64,000 bases of DNA from assembly GCF_025526975.1 (NCBI RefSeq), contig NW_026515675.1:682001-746000 (forward strand). Direction: 5' to 3'. The notes under the pieces were generated by a model. It saw nothing but the letters and a program-made list of their open reading frames with translations, was not told where the DNA came from and made no database searches. This stretch comes from Fimicolochytrium jonesii. Lineage: Eukaryota. The translations under genes were made by a program, and so were the position numbers. Positions 25,537-38,699 of this stretch are shown here, piece after piece; positions within the stretch are counted from its first letter, which is position 1; each line of letters opens with the position of its first letter.

Positions 25537-26513
25537 ATGACGGACATGGAGGTCGCCGCTCTCGCTACCGATGCTGCCGCCACCGCTGACGAGGCTGTTG
25601 CAAGGAGGAAGCCGGGGGCGAAACGCAATCCGGCCATTACCGACATGGTTATGCACAGGAAGGAGAAGAACCGGCAGGCCCAGAAGGCTTTGCGAGGTGC
25701 GTTGAAATGCTTATCCCCGTGCCTACTCGCTTCTGTGCAATGGCGCTAAACCTACTCTTCCGCACTACAGAGCGCCGCTCTCAACAAGCCTTGGACACGC
25801 AAATGGAGCTCAGAGCACTTCGCGGCGAAGTCACCGCACTCTCGCACGAACGAGGTCAACTATTGCATGAGCATCGTCAATTGCAGAGCTTGCTGGCGTT
25901 GGCCTTCTCCAGCTGGCTGCCGGAGGCAAACTTGGGCAAGGCGCCTATGCCGCTCAACAACCCAAACTCTTATGACGCGGTCATGATAGCAGCCAAAGCA
26001 CTCGCCGAACTTCAAGCCGGTGGTGTCGCTCAACAAACAGCAGCACATCCACCTTCTTCAATGCCTCGGCCGGCCGAGGTCCACGCAGACGTTTCTGGCC
26101 ATCCGCTTCACCCGCAAACCGCGCATCCACTTCCTAGTACGCCCGGTACCCCTACCACGTCGGCCGCGATTCCTGGTGCCATCTCGTCGTCGTCGTCCTT
26201 GGACATGCCTCCTGCGCCCGCTTCTCCGGCAAACCCGCTTCCCGCCACCCCTGGAGAGCCGTCCCCTTTCCCTTCACCACCACGGCGTACTGCTTCCGTT
26301 GAAAGTCTGCAGAGCGTGCAAGACACGGAAGTCAAATGGAGTTCTCCCTCCGTCGTCCTCAAAGAGCGTCTCGGCAAACTCGGTCCTCGTGCCCATCTCC
26401 CAGCAGTGTGCGAAGAATTGGTTCATAGGGCCGTGTGTCGGGGCAACCCTTGGGAGGAAGCGGACTGGCACATCCCGGCCGATCTTTTTGAGCGATCTAT
26501 TGCGATGCAGTGA
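25537..26513 (+). CDS. bZIP transcription factor, AP-1/Yap-like; intron 25697-25770
   Basis: Basic region RKEKNRQAQKALRERR then leucine zipper; C-terminal CEELVHRAVC..PW..DW motif. Confidence 0.85.
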
Positions 26514-26881
26514 TTTGTACTTGTACTATATATCTGGGTGTATTATGTAGTGGAAGCTTTCTTGCGATGTTTATAGATTATTCTAATTCGGACCACCTCC
26601 TCTTCTCGCATAAGCTTGTCCGTAAGATCGCTTTTTTCTTAGGTCGGATCTGCTCTTCATTTGCTCTTCATTGGGCGGATTGTCATGACTCACCAAGGTG
26701 GAGGAGACGCGCGACGCGTACCCGTCAATAAGTTACGCTTGTTTTGGCGGGGCTCTCGATCGCTGCAACCGGTCAATTCGCTGGCGCTCTCTGCGCCTCG
26801 TTTTTCACTTTCTCAACCACTCTTTCTCTGCGCCCCGTTCTTCTAATCCTTCAACAACCCACCAAATACACAAATCCAACC

Positions 26882-28315
26882 ATGCCCGTCCTAAACGCAT
26901 GGCGCATCTTCTCGCTCGCGACCCTCAGCATCGGTGAGTCCCCGTCTTCAAATTGAGTCCTCAGCGGGGGAAATCATCTCTAAACAACGTCTCTTATGAC
27001 CGAATATTGGTTCGTTTTCACAGTGCTGTACTTTGCCTTCTTCAAAACCGACGATGAGAAGAGCGCTGTCTCCCGCAAGAAGAGGGCTCCGACCATGTCG
27101 GCTTGGAACAGTACGGATCCGAGAAGCGTTTCATCAATGCGCTAACATTTCTGGTCTCAAACATCGTCTCATGAATGCGTTTTCCCCCCATAAAGATCTC
27201 CCTTCCACCTGCAACGCCGCAAACCAAATGGCCCTAACCTTCGACGAGGGCGCCACGACCCCGCAGACCCTCGGGCTCCTCGACGGGCTGGTCACGGCTA
27301 ATCTGAAGGCGACCTTCCATGTCATTAGCGCGTACCTGACCACGTCGACTTTTAATGCGACGCTGAAGAGGGTTTATACTGATGGGCATGTTGTTGGGAT
27401 TCGTATGTTTCTGATGCGAAGATCTCATCTTGTTCTGCGGCATGATACATTGTTCAACGGACTTTATACTTGTAGGCCTGAGGCCCGCGTTGACGGCCAA
27501 CACGATGACCATCGCAGCGTTGCAGGCCGAGCTTCTTAGCGAAGCTCAGGCCGTCCGCGATGTGATTGGCGTGTACCCGGTATGTCAAGTTGCCTTTTTG
27601 GTTTTGCATTCCGCTGAAATGTTGGGCTGATCGATGGAACATTTGACAGAAATTCGTCCGTTTCGCGTACGGAGATATGACCCCTGAGATCCTGGCCATG
27701 TTGGATGCCAACGGGTTTGTTGCTACTGGGTTCTCGGTCGACAGTCAGGGTGGGTCCAGCATATTTTCCAACAAACATGAAAACAGCAATGTGCGGAGGT
27801 CAAAATATGATTCTTATAATATTTTGCAAAAATGAATATCTACAGATTACGCCCCCTCCCACTCTGTAAACGAAGCCGACAAAGCCTCCATCGGCACCTA
27901 CATCAACGCCCAAGCCACCGCCAACGGCTACCCCAGCATCTCCCCCATCGTCATCCTCCGCGCAAACCTCGACGTCACAGCCAACAACATCGTCCCCATC
28001 GTCGCGGCCCTGCGCAACGCTAGCGCCTCCCGCGTGTTTGTCACCCTCGATAAATGTCGTGGGATTGCCAGCCCGTACAGGACCAGTAACGACCCGCCCG
28101 GTGGTGCTGCTGCGGCACCCACCACCCCGGCTGCTGCGGCTTCCCCGACTACGACCGCGGCTGTGGCCAATCAGCCTGCCCCGCCTGCGGACCCGGCCCC
28201 GGCTGCCACCTCGACTGGTACCGGTGCGGGCCCGACTTCCGGAGCCGTAAAGAACGCGTTGACTTTGGCGTTCGCTGGCCTGTTGGCCGTTTTTGCGGTC
28301 GCTTGTCTTCTCTAA
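26882..28315 (+). CDS. Polysaccharide/chitin deacetylase (CE4 NodB)-like protein, GPI-anchor-like tail, probably catalytically inactive
   Basis: ALTFDEG, KATFHV, GHVVG, GVYPKFVRFAYG, DSQDY, FVTLDKC; N-terminal hydrophobic segment plus KKR; A/T/P linker and hydrophobic C-terminus. Confidence 0.85.
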
Positions 28316-28336
28316 GCTTTTCGTAAAACTTTGTTT

Positions 28337-31229
28337 TTACGCTACATTCCCCTTGAAGACCTTCATCAGCCACGGCCGCTCATACTTCCTCGCCGGCAAG
28401 GTGGGATACTAGCAGATAGACAAACGCGCCGTGAGAAACAGAAAAAGAACAGGAGTTAACCAGATACATGAAGAGACTTTTTGGAAAACAATCACAAAAA
28501 AATGACATTTCTTTTTCTGCCAATCTTACCTGGAGTTTAGGGATGACTTGGATGTTGCGTCCGAGGAAGAGGGAGTTGAGGATGTCTGTGAGGAGGTAGT
28601 GGGTTCGTAGCCTAGAATGAAAAATGAATTTTTCAGGGAGTTGCTGGGGTAAGGCACGCGGGTACCAGACGGAGAATACCTTGTCCAAAGGTACTTGTAC
28701 TGGTAGAAGATGGAGGAGTAGGATAGGGGTGCGGTCTATGGCGGCGGGAAGGTGAGATCAACAGATCTTGCGATTTCGTGGGTTCTGCCCTTACCTTCAT
28801 CCTCATATACACAGCTCCTTCCCCTGCACGCTTCACCGTTTCCGTCGCGTGGGCTTCAGACTGGGACCCAAACGATTTCCACCATACTGACAGATCAAAC
28901 GCATCCCTCAGAGGCGATGCATCAATTATGATTCCCGCTAATCGAAGCAGTGTAAGAACGATGTCTAATCCCAGAGAACAGAACGTCCTCGCCCTTCAGA
29001 TACCTGGCAACCGCCTCGGATCCTTAATCCTCAACATGATGGCAAACAATGGGAAATGGTTGACGAACGCCAGCACGATTTCGAAGACGGCGTGGGTTAG
29101 GACGACTGAGATGCGAATCTGGGGCCACAAATGGTTTGCTGAGCATATCTGTGCATCGCAATATCTGCATATCAAAAGAGGCATGTGCATCTCACCAGCG
29201 AGAAGAGGACGTAGTACACCGCGACGGTGGGGAATAGGAAGGTGAGGAGGGCAAAGAGTATTGTTCCGAGAAGCAGTTGATCGAGGGTATATTCGGCCGA
29301 GTCAATACGGTTCTTCTCCACGTTCTTCCTCTTTCCTACACCGCGTCCATACCGTAAGCTCGCATGGCGGACATGGAGAAGATGAAAGCGACCAACACAT
29401 ACCTCGAAACAATGTAAACATCGACACAAGTCCCTGCACCTCCCAGTAATAAATCTTGCTCGCAACAATATAGCACAGATGCAAATGGACGGTGATGATT
29501 GCAAGAAGGTCCAGAAAGACGGATATGGACATTGATACGCCCACGACGCTGCAGGCGCTGATTACGCGGATGAGTTGCGGGAGGTGTGGGCAGAGGGCTT
29601 GGGCCCATCCTGGATGAACGGTGGTACTTCAGTACAGTATATGGGGAAAGAACATGGGAAATGCTTACCACTCCAGAGAACTAGTAACTCCATGAATAGG
29701 GTTCCCAGAATTCCGTTCAGATCGGCATTTAACTTCAGTCCGGCTGGTGAGCCCATAAGCCATACGATCATGTCCCGCGTTCTGTCGATTGTATACGTCT
29801 ACTCCGTAAACGCCGTTAGCGCCAGCCAGAGGGCGTAGAAGCACGTTATTCCCAAATTGAAGGACATACTTGGATGAAGCGTTCCATCAGGCTAGCGAGA
29901 TACGGCGCGTTGTCCAGCAATAACGCTCCGACAGCTACACCGACGATGGCGTCGTTTGCTATTAGCCATAGTGTGTTGTAGAACCTGCGATGTGACAAAG
30001 ATTACTCAGAAGCATTCATACCACGGCCAGTGCCACAGCAGACCTACCCAATGTAACGGGCTTGCGCGAGTGGAGACAGCTTGTCAGGGTTTCGGCGCCA
30101 AAGCAGATACTGCTGAGGCCAAAACATCCCCTGCTGCAATCTGAGATCGATTTGCTGGGCTGGTAGGACGAGGTTAGATTTGCGCAAGCTCGTGCAGTAT
30201 GCGCCGATATGGTCCTTTACCCGTCGCAGATATGTCTTTCAATGCCGTCCCCTGAAATAGCCATGGTGGGCATCGTGCGTTAAGGATCCAGATGATGGTC
30301 AGCGGCAAAAGCGACAGGAGCTTGGAGAATACGGTGGATGTTGGGTAGTGGATGTGGTCGAGCAGTTTTGAGAAGTCCGGAAGATAGCTGCGGTCGTCCT
30401 TCACGAACCGCCGAAGTCTAAGTGACAGCACGTAAGCGATGTTGATCTGCTCTGCATCGATTAGCCAGGGACGTCAAGATTCAAGTTCCCAAGTAAGCGA
30501 CGTACCTGATGCAAGACTACATTCCAATCCATTGGCACGACACTCGGTTTTTCAACGATCAGGCCCGGACTTCTCCCATGGCCAAAGCTGGACTGTCTAC
30601 GACGAAAATTTGCCGCTGTCCTCTTCAACTCCGCCTTCGCGACGGCCAGCTCATCGTCGATGGCGGAGAGATCCAGTATCAGCGGGTCCAAGGAGTAATA
30701 TTGCTGTAGTCGTGAATTGGCTTCTTGGAACAGGATGACGTGCTTTGATGTCGAGTGTGGGAGAGGCACCCCGCGCATGTACATACTACGGGATGCAAGA
30801 AGGATGGATGGCTCAGCATGGAGATGCAATATGAACCCATTCCTCGCATAACTCACTCGGAAATTATCAAATCTCGTCCATAAAGAGACACACGGATGAG
30901 AAATTCTGCAGCATGGTCTCGAATACTATCTGCGTGTTTATGATGTGTTCATTATGCCGCTCAAATGCAAAGCTATAAAGTATATACGAACCCCACTGTA
31001 GCTGGGCCCCAGGCTTCCTCCGCGGTCCGCACAACCCAACTATCTGTGGCGAGAGATCGTTCCTCTCGTTCTTCGTCAAGAACTCTTGCAATTCCTTCAA
31101 CCGGCCTGCAGGCACAATGTCGGCCACACACGTTGTGTCCCCATTTGAGACCCATCCTACTAAATATCCCTCTTGCTGCTCCTTCGACGGCTGGAGGAGG
31201 TGCTCCGGCCAGAATATTCTCACGGGCAT
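28337..31229 (-). CDS. GPI1: GPI-GlcNAc transferase subunit Gpi1 / PIG-Q, multi-exon
   Basis: VRIFWP..GYLVGW, WLMGSPAGLKLNADL, LFRG|KRKNVEKNRIDSAEYTLDQLLLGTILFALLTFLFPT, FVNHFPLFAIMLRIKDPRRLPG; last exon 28408-28337. Confidence 0.92.
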
Positions 31230-31904
31230 CGTGCGCTGTCTCAAGATCACTTTCGTGCACTTATTCTCAGAAGCTGTCTCTGCGCACGTGTCGCTTATTG
31301 ACCGGACGGGCTCTATTCTCACGGTCAAGCTGATAGTCCGGCGTGAGAAAACATCGCTTATCGCCTGAGCTTCAGGAACGACATGCAGCGCGACCAAAAC
31401 GACTCTTCTTTCCTAACACGAACCCAATTTACCTTCCGGTTCTTTTCAAACTTGGCCACTTTGTCCAGTCCCGTAGCTATGAGGGCAAACACGGCCAGCC
31501 AGAACAACAAAGGAAGGAACGGGCTGGTTTGCAGGACATCGGCCATAGCAACTCTTCGAGTGGGCAGCTCTCAATCTCCTGGTCCTGCAGTGGGAAACTC
31601 GTCAGGGCTCGGGAGCGTTTTGGGTACGGATTAGGGTACTGTTACTGCACGGATTTGGGCTTTGATGAGTTGCGCCAGTTTGAGCCGTTGGTTCGGAAGC
31701 GCGCTCCGTGATGACGTAGGGCGGCGAGGCTGGCGCTTATTTCAGGAAGTCACCAGGCTGTCTTTCCTTCCTTTCCCCTACGTACATACCTGTACAGACG
31801 CAAACCCGCATATAAAGGACGCTGCCAGAAGGCGGCTCCTGAAAAAACTATAGCCAGCTACACCAGAGACGCTCTTCCCACCCCCCCAGGACTATTCTGC
31901 GACA

Positions 31905-33056
31905 ATGAAGCTTCCTTTCAAGAAGGACCACGGAAAGAAGAGCCATGACCACATCCTCCCAAGCACCTCCGGCGATACGCTAGCCGTCCAGGCAGAAATA
32001 TATAAGCAAGATGTCAAGCGCGGCTTCAAACATTGGGCCCGGGCGATGCAGCAACCAGAGTGTGCGTCGCCATTTTGGGCAAAAGTGCAGAGAATCGTCG
32101 GTCGCATTGGTTTCGGCGCCAAAGGAGTGGTTTACGGACTCGTTGGTGGAATGACGGTGGCCAGCGGGTCGAAACTAAACGACAAAGACTACGAAGAAAG
32201 TCCTAAGGTATGTGATGTTTGAGCTTCTGCACCGACGTGTCCGCCTTGCTGGAATCCAAGTATCTCACGTCGAACACTTCCATCCAGGGTGCTTTTGTGT
32301 TGATTGGAGACGCTCCTTCAGGCTCAGGAGCTTTGTTCATTCTTCTGCTTGGTAAGACTCCGCGTCAGTGCTTATCCAGGGAAAGAAGGCTTGAATGCTA
32401 ATCGAAATCCACAAACAGCTCTGTGGTGCTACTCAATTTGGCGGTTCTGGGAATGTTTCACATATCGAGGCCGAGATGCGACGTTCTCAGCGACAAAGAA
32501 CTTCTTTCGGTTCAGACTCAGCCCCTTCGTTAGCGGCTGTGTCTACATCGCCTACTCCTACTACATCATCACCATGCTTCTCAACAACTACGAAAACAAA
32601 GAGCCAAGCTGCTATCCTAACTGCTGGCGGGATTCGGTCTTGGGCCGCACGATGTTAGTCATCATGGGAATCGCTTTCCTCATTGCATGTATAACCCAGT
32701 TGCAGAACGCTTTCACCGGCAAGTGGCATTCGGAAATCGATTGGCATCGCGCCAACAAGAAGTGGGAGAAATGGCTTCTGTTGACGCTGGGCCACATCGG
32801 ATACCTCGGAAGAGCGGGCATCTTCGTATTCGTCGCCACACTGGAGTTCAAAGCGCTCAAGCACCCTGTGCAGCAATCCGGTGACCAGTTTGCGGATGGC
32901 CTGTCGCAGTTGCTCGGTAGCACGTCGGGGAGGATAGCAATGATATTCACAGGGCTGTGCACGCTGATCTTTGGCGTGTTCTGCTTGCTTTGTGTGATAT
33001 ATCGACAATTCCCTACGCCGCCGCCAAGTGGAAAACCGTACGTTGGCAAAAAGTAA
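31905..33056 (+). CDS. DUF1206-family multi-pass membrane protein, 3 exons (31905-32207, 32288-32351, 32419-33056)
   Basis: Repeated DUF1206-type units GRIGFGAKGVVYGLVG, ALWCYSIWRFWE, GHIGYLGRAGIF, GLSQLLGSTSGR..IFGVFCL; TATAAA at 31811. Confidence 0.75.
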
Positions 33057-33550
33057 GCCGCGTCTTGGGTCCGAAGAAACCCTCACACGGCGATCCTGCG
33101 CACCGTTCGCTGCGACCGAACGATACCAACGCCGACAGAGGATGAGCAAGCATTTGAAGACCATCGCCTCACAAACACCAATCAAAGTGCGTTTGGCAAG
33201 ACACTGGCTCGGTCCCCCCCATCCACCCTTCCCCGCGCCTTCTCTGGCAATAATTTCCTTACTGTTGCGGCGTATAATCCGCCCAGAGGAGCGATTTTGA
33301 TAGCATTTTTCATGTATATGTACTCTCACTACATGGTACTTAGACTCCAACTTGATCCCCGCGTATGTAATATATCTCATCGTGCGCATCTGCCGCACTC
33401 CAAATGAAATTCAGAGGTCGAGATGTCATCCCGCTAACGAATAGTTTATTCGCGAAGTGTGATTATGTAAAGGCGATCGGATGAAGATCGAAGTAGGGGG
33501 CGGCAGTGAATGGGGAACCTGTTCGCCCATAGCGACCGAATGGGAGCTAT

Positions 33551-34634
33551 CTACAGGTACAGATCGGTGTTGCGGAAACTCGAGTTGTCCGCTACAGATG
33601 ACTTATGTGCTGCAAAACAGATGAAAGAAAGTGCGTAAGTTTCAAATAACTCGACCTGGCTCAAGATGACGGAACGAACCTTTATATTCCATTATGCAGT
33701 TAGGTGGCAGGTTCAAAACCCGCTTTAGCGTGTCCCTATCCAAACAATCCATCAGCACACCACCTCTCCGTCATCTCCACGTCAAATTCACACCATATTC
33801 ACACCGCCTTGCATACCTTATACGAAGGTTAACCCTCCCCTCATCCGCCGACAAATTCCACAATGACAAAATATCCTCGCTGTGCCGTATCGATATCACC
33901 GCCCCGCAAATCTCGTTCCCGACATCGAACTGGTCACCGATCATGGCCATGACCAGACTCTCCCAGTATCGTGACGCTAGCCCCTTTTTAAGACGCACGA
34001 TCCACTTTCCGCCGTTTAGGTTGTCCTGTTTCACGAGGTTTCGTTGAACTTTGATGAGCCAAAGAGTGACTCCGTGTGGCTGCATCAGAACCCACCTCCC
34101 AGATTGGCCGGATCCCCTGCTTGAACAGGTGGAAATCGCACACGTTGTTCAGCTCCATCGGCCGCGTCAGTCTGTTGTACACTCCCCAAAATTCTTCCAC
34201 CTATTGAACATGTCCCCAGTCAATCTCTCGCATGTGGTGATTCGAAAATCGAATTCTTACAGTTGAAAACGTTGATATCTTCTTGATAGAATTATTGTAA
34301 TTCTCTATCTTTGCCCCTGCTTCCCGATGCATAAACCTGAGAGGTTTCCCGAGAATCAGCGCCCGTACACAACAGTCCCACATGGGAAACTTGAGACTCA
34401 CCAAAAGACCCAGGGGTATCGCAATGGGTGTGTTGCAAGGGTATTGGGCTTGGTGTTGCTCCTGTTCGTCAAAGCGCTTCGTCAGCAGCTGTTCATGATC
34501 TCCACGTTCCTCCAACAACACTGGAACACGCCGAGACCCGTCCAGCGGCCCTCCACCCTTCCAACCTTCCGAAAAACTGCCCGCCCATCGCCTGCTACCT
34601 ACCATGCTCCTATCGCGGGTGCTGCTGCCATCAT
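33551..34634 (-). CDS. Translation initiation factor eIF4E, class II (4EHP/eIF4E2-like), multi-exon
   Basis: HPLRYPWVFWF, NYNNSIKKI (Tyr at the W56-equivalent cap-binding site), TVEEFW, DFHLFKQGIRPIWE, GGKWIVRLKKG, C-terminal EYKAH..DNSSFRNT. Confidence 0.92.
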
Positions 34635-35088
34635 TTGCTATCGTACAGGTAAAACTGGGAGGCTGGAACGAGCATGAGCATTAGTGACCAGAAACCGTCC
34701 GAGAAAGAAAAAACCATCTCAAATGCATACTTGTCTGAAAACTAGATACAGTGGGTGGATATCACAAAGCGATATGGTACAGGTTGCGATGATGAGCGTA
34801 GAGTGATCGTCGTTGTAAGTGTTGAACAGCTCAATGGGTTGCAGAACGGTGAGTTTCAATTGCAATTGCCGAAAGGTGAGGGCCACGTGACCCGTAATTA
34901 ATTTCGATGTCACAACCTTGATGCAAGGCCGGCGACGACTTCAGTGCTGTTTCAACAACGAAATCCCATAACAACGCAACACAATCAGGGCGGGTTGGAC
35001 GACCTGCAGCATCATCTCATCACGACGCTTCCTGTTGCCGATTCGTTCTGCCTTTCAGCCACCGAGGCTCCAACTGGCCGCCAACAAC

Positions 35089-35563
35089 ATGAAAATCGGC
35101 GCAAAGTTCCCGTCCCGGATGCCCACATCCTACGTCCTAAAACAAATCGCAGCCCCACCACCCGCCGCCGCCTATCACCCCACAACCCTCCTCGACGGCA
35201 AGGTCCGCCCGCCACGAATCAGCTACCGCGACCAGGGACGGATACGGAAAGCCTGCCGGATGGCGGGCATAGATCCGGCCTCCATTGGCCTGCCGCCGGA
35301 GGTTGTGACGTATCCTGCTGTGAAGCAGCCGAAGGGGAGTGAGAAGGAGGTGAAGAAGTATACGCGGGAGAAAAATATTGTGGAGAATATGGCGAAAATG
35401 GATGAGCGGATAGCGGAGTGGAAGGAGGTTTGTGCAGTCATAGGATTTGTCTTATATCAGGATGCCGACGATCGTCGCTGCTCCGATTCGACTGACGCAA
35501 CTATCAATTCTACAGGAGAGACGGAAACTCAAGGAGTCTACAAAGCCAGAACTTCCATTTTAG
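35089..35563 (+). CDS. Mitochondrial ribosomal protein mL59 (Mrpl25-like), 2 exons
   Basis: PPRISYRDQGRIRKACRMAG, KGSEKE..R..I.ENMAKMDERIAEWK, ends PELPF. Confidence 0.8.
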
Positions 35564-35783
35564 AGATGCAGTATCATTGTGAGAATTGTATCTACACACG
35601 CCCAAGAAACATATTTAAATTAAACATGATGGAAGGGAATTGCCCCAGCTCTCTCCCCGAAGTGCGCCCGCTCTCGGTGATATCTAAAGCCTATTCGCTG
35701 TCGTGATGATGGGCTTGATGTAGGGAAGAGGTTTCTGTTGAGGATCCCCGAAATTGCAATCGACTGATCCGTGTGGGACGCAT

Positions 35784-36522
35784 CTACCGGAACGTCACCC
35801 CCTGCGCTGTGTACCCTCCCCCAATCCTCACAATCGTGTGTCCCACTTTCCTCCACCACCTCTCGATATCCCCAAGTCCTACTGTTCTTCGTAAAGCGCT
35901 CATCTCGGCTTGTAGTGCAGGCAAAAGCATGCGGGTATTCTCCTTCCACCACGCCCTGTTGTACTCCGAGTGGCGCTCTAAGGAGTTGTCAAGATATTGC
36001 TTGTAAAATATTGAGAGCTCGTTCGCTGTTGCGGGGCGATTGTGTGTTCGGTGTACTAATGTGCACAAAGGTCAATTCATAATGTCTGAGTCTCTGTTTC
36101 CAGTGTGGCCGCACTTACTCTCAGCCTCATAGTCAGCCTTCTCCCTCTGAAAGTGGAGGTTATTCTCCGTCCAGAATTCATGGTTCCACATCTGCGCTGC
36201 CTCTCGTCGACGCAGGAACGCTACTTCCAGAGCTGGCAAGGTGGAATCGCTGGTTGCCGGGAATCGAATCAACCGAATGTGGGATATGGGATGAGGAGAC
36301 GACACGAGCATCTCCGGCCGGGCTGCGTTTGCTCCGCTGGCTACCGATGCTATCCTTATTCGTTTGGCCGCCAGAGTCTGATCATATAATGGTGAGCTCT
36401 CGAAGTTTCGGGTTCAGACATTTTGCCAACTCCCAACTCACCGACTTGGACCTACACGCGGACATTCTTGGGAAGCAATAGACCGCTGCGGAGACTTGCT
36501 GGGGTATCTTCTGCAACGACAT
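35784..36522 (-). CDS. COA8/APOPT1-family mitochondrial protein, 3 exons
   Basis: PHPISHIR, WNHEFWTENNLHFQREK, ELSIFYKQYLD..H.EYNRAWWKEN; exon 1 splices in frame via GTGAGT..CAG. Confidence 0.82.
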
Positions 36523-36948
36523 GGTGGCAGGGTGCGAGCGGCTTAGCGATGGCAAGTTACCTATATATCACTGCCTCTCAACGATGCTTGTGAGATTTCC
36601 CACGTTCGTTCGAGCTGGGCTGAATTCACAACGGTTGGTGAACTTGTGAGATGCGATTGAGATGTGCTCACTGTGTGCATGTCGACTGCGCCACCCGCTA
36701 CCGCCCTTCTGGTGCGCATCGCACCGCATTCCCGGACTATGGTCATATCCTGCTTGCGTGTCCGTCGCTGGTACTCGCTTCATCCCTCAACGCAGCGCAA
36801 TTGAGCTCGGTTCCATCCAAGCTTGCTAACGTCCATACAAGACTCAGATACAGGTAGGTTACGGAACTGCTGGCGACATAGGTGCGGTGAGAGACGAAAC
36901 GAGCGAATATGCAGAGGCGACGGCTGCCCGAATTCAGCAGACTTCAAC

Positions 36949-36968
36949 GGATGGATGGATGGATGGAT
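36949..36968. repeat. (GGAT)5 microsatellite in probable 5'UTR intron of eL34
   Basis: Five GGAT units inside a GTAGGT..GTCAG segment that ends 5 nt before the ATG. Confidence 0.7.
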
Positions 36969-37050
36969 GCGACTCGAGGGATAGAACGGCGAATGAATGC
37001 AACATTGAGGAATCTAACATTTACTCCGACATCGTCCCTTGTCAGTCAAC

Positions 37051-37782
37051 ATGGTCCAGCGCGTCACATACCGCCGTAGGTTGTCCTACAACACCAAGTC
37101 CAACAAGACCAGGGTCATCAAGACTCCCGGTATGTCGAATGTTCTCAGTGGTGGCATGAGCGGTGGTGGAGCAGCGGGCTGACTTTTCGTGTTGCAGGTG
37201 GCAAGTTGGCTTTCCTTCACATCACCAAGAAGGCGTCTGCGCCCAAGTGCGGTGACTGCGGCAACGTTCTCTCTGGGGTGAGCATCTTTCCCGGATTTCG
37301 AGAGTGAACGTGAAAAGGGCGAAGTGGGTACGACATGTGGGAGGGCGTCGTGCACCCGAAAGGGAGGGGGTTTAGCGAGTATTGGATTGGATGGAAGATT
37401 TGGGGATGAAAGGGCGACACAAACGACGGATCGGCCTGTTTTCGGGGACAACGATATCCCTCCATCGAATATTGAACCATGGGAGCAGAGTACTGAACGG
37501 ACGTATTCTATATAGATCCCCGCTCTCCGCCCCACCGAGTACGCCCGTCTGTCTCGCCGTCAGAAGAGCGTCACCCGCCCCTACGGAGGAAGCCGATGTG
37601 GAACCTGCGTGCGCTCCCGGTAAATACCTTCGTTCCGTCGCTTCTCAGCGTCCCGATTGTCAGTCACTTACCTGTACTATCCTTATAGGATCGTCCGTGC
37701 TTTCCTCATTGAGGAGCAGAAGATCGTGAAGAGGGTGTTGAAGGCTCAACAGGTCGAGGCGAAGAAGGGCGGCAAGAAATAA
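37051..37782 (+). CDS. RPL34: 60S ribosomal protein eL34, 4 coding exons
   Basis: [66 protein letters not shown]. Confidence 0.96.
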
Positions 37783-38699
37783 GCTGGACCAACGCAGCCT
37801 TGCCACACTATTAGGGGCAACCAGACGAGCAGGATCGAAAGATGATTTTGAGCGTGTTTTGGCTGGTGGCTCGTGTACATTTCGAGGTCCGCCAACCTTG
37901 TTACCGAATAGACCAATAAACTGGCACTTTTTGTCTTCTTTGATTCGATGGGATTTCCTTCAGTGGACCTAATTGAAACCGTGGCCCTAACAAGTCCGAA
38001 CAAGGAGGGCGGCATCCGGAGGGATCTCTGCAATGGACATCAGTTATTCTTCCCCGCTAACTCATTTGGGTTTGAAGCGAAAGCCTCGATGTTGAAGAAT
38101 ACATGGGACGGACATTTATCGAATACCGTCCAGGTGAGGGGTTTTTGCTTACCGCCGTAATCGGTATCAAGCATCGATCTCCTCACATCTCCTCACATTG
38201 CCCGTTCCTTCGCACTCCTAATGTGCAGAGGTGATGTGCATATCCCGGTTACCTCAAGCTCTTCTGAGCTGCAGATATCGGATCCTCCAACGGGTATTGC
38301 AAACCTCACCTCATAATATCTTTTCCCATAGCGTCCAGCGGAGTTTCAATACATGGTCTCTGACGGCAACTGCAAAGGTGTGCGTATATGTGTATGCGGG
38401 GATAAGTAACTGTTAACCGACGTGTATCGTGGCGGCAAGCCAATTCAGACGGCTGTAACGGCGACTTCACAACGTCGACTTTCAACCTTGCACGTTTGCG
38501 GAACCCTGCTTGCCATCCATATTGACATCGTCTGTCCACCTTCCTACTCCGCCAGACGGTTCGATTTCTTGTCTGGTTGCGCTTCAGAAGAAGGGGCAGA
38601 CAGGCCACCGACCCACTCGATTTCTCGTACACTGGAGAAGGAAGCGTGAGAACGCGCCGCCAACCATCTTGACCTCGATCAGTAACGACAGACTCAGGA

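Noticed and set aside
37278..37515. Long eL34 intron as a snoRNA host
   Set aside because: No RTGATGA/CTGA box pair or convincing H/ACA layout.
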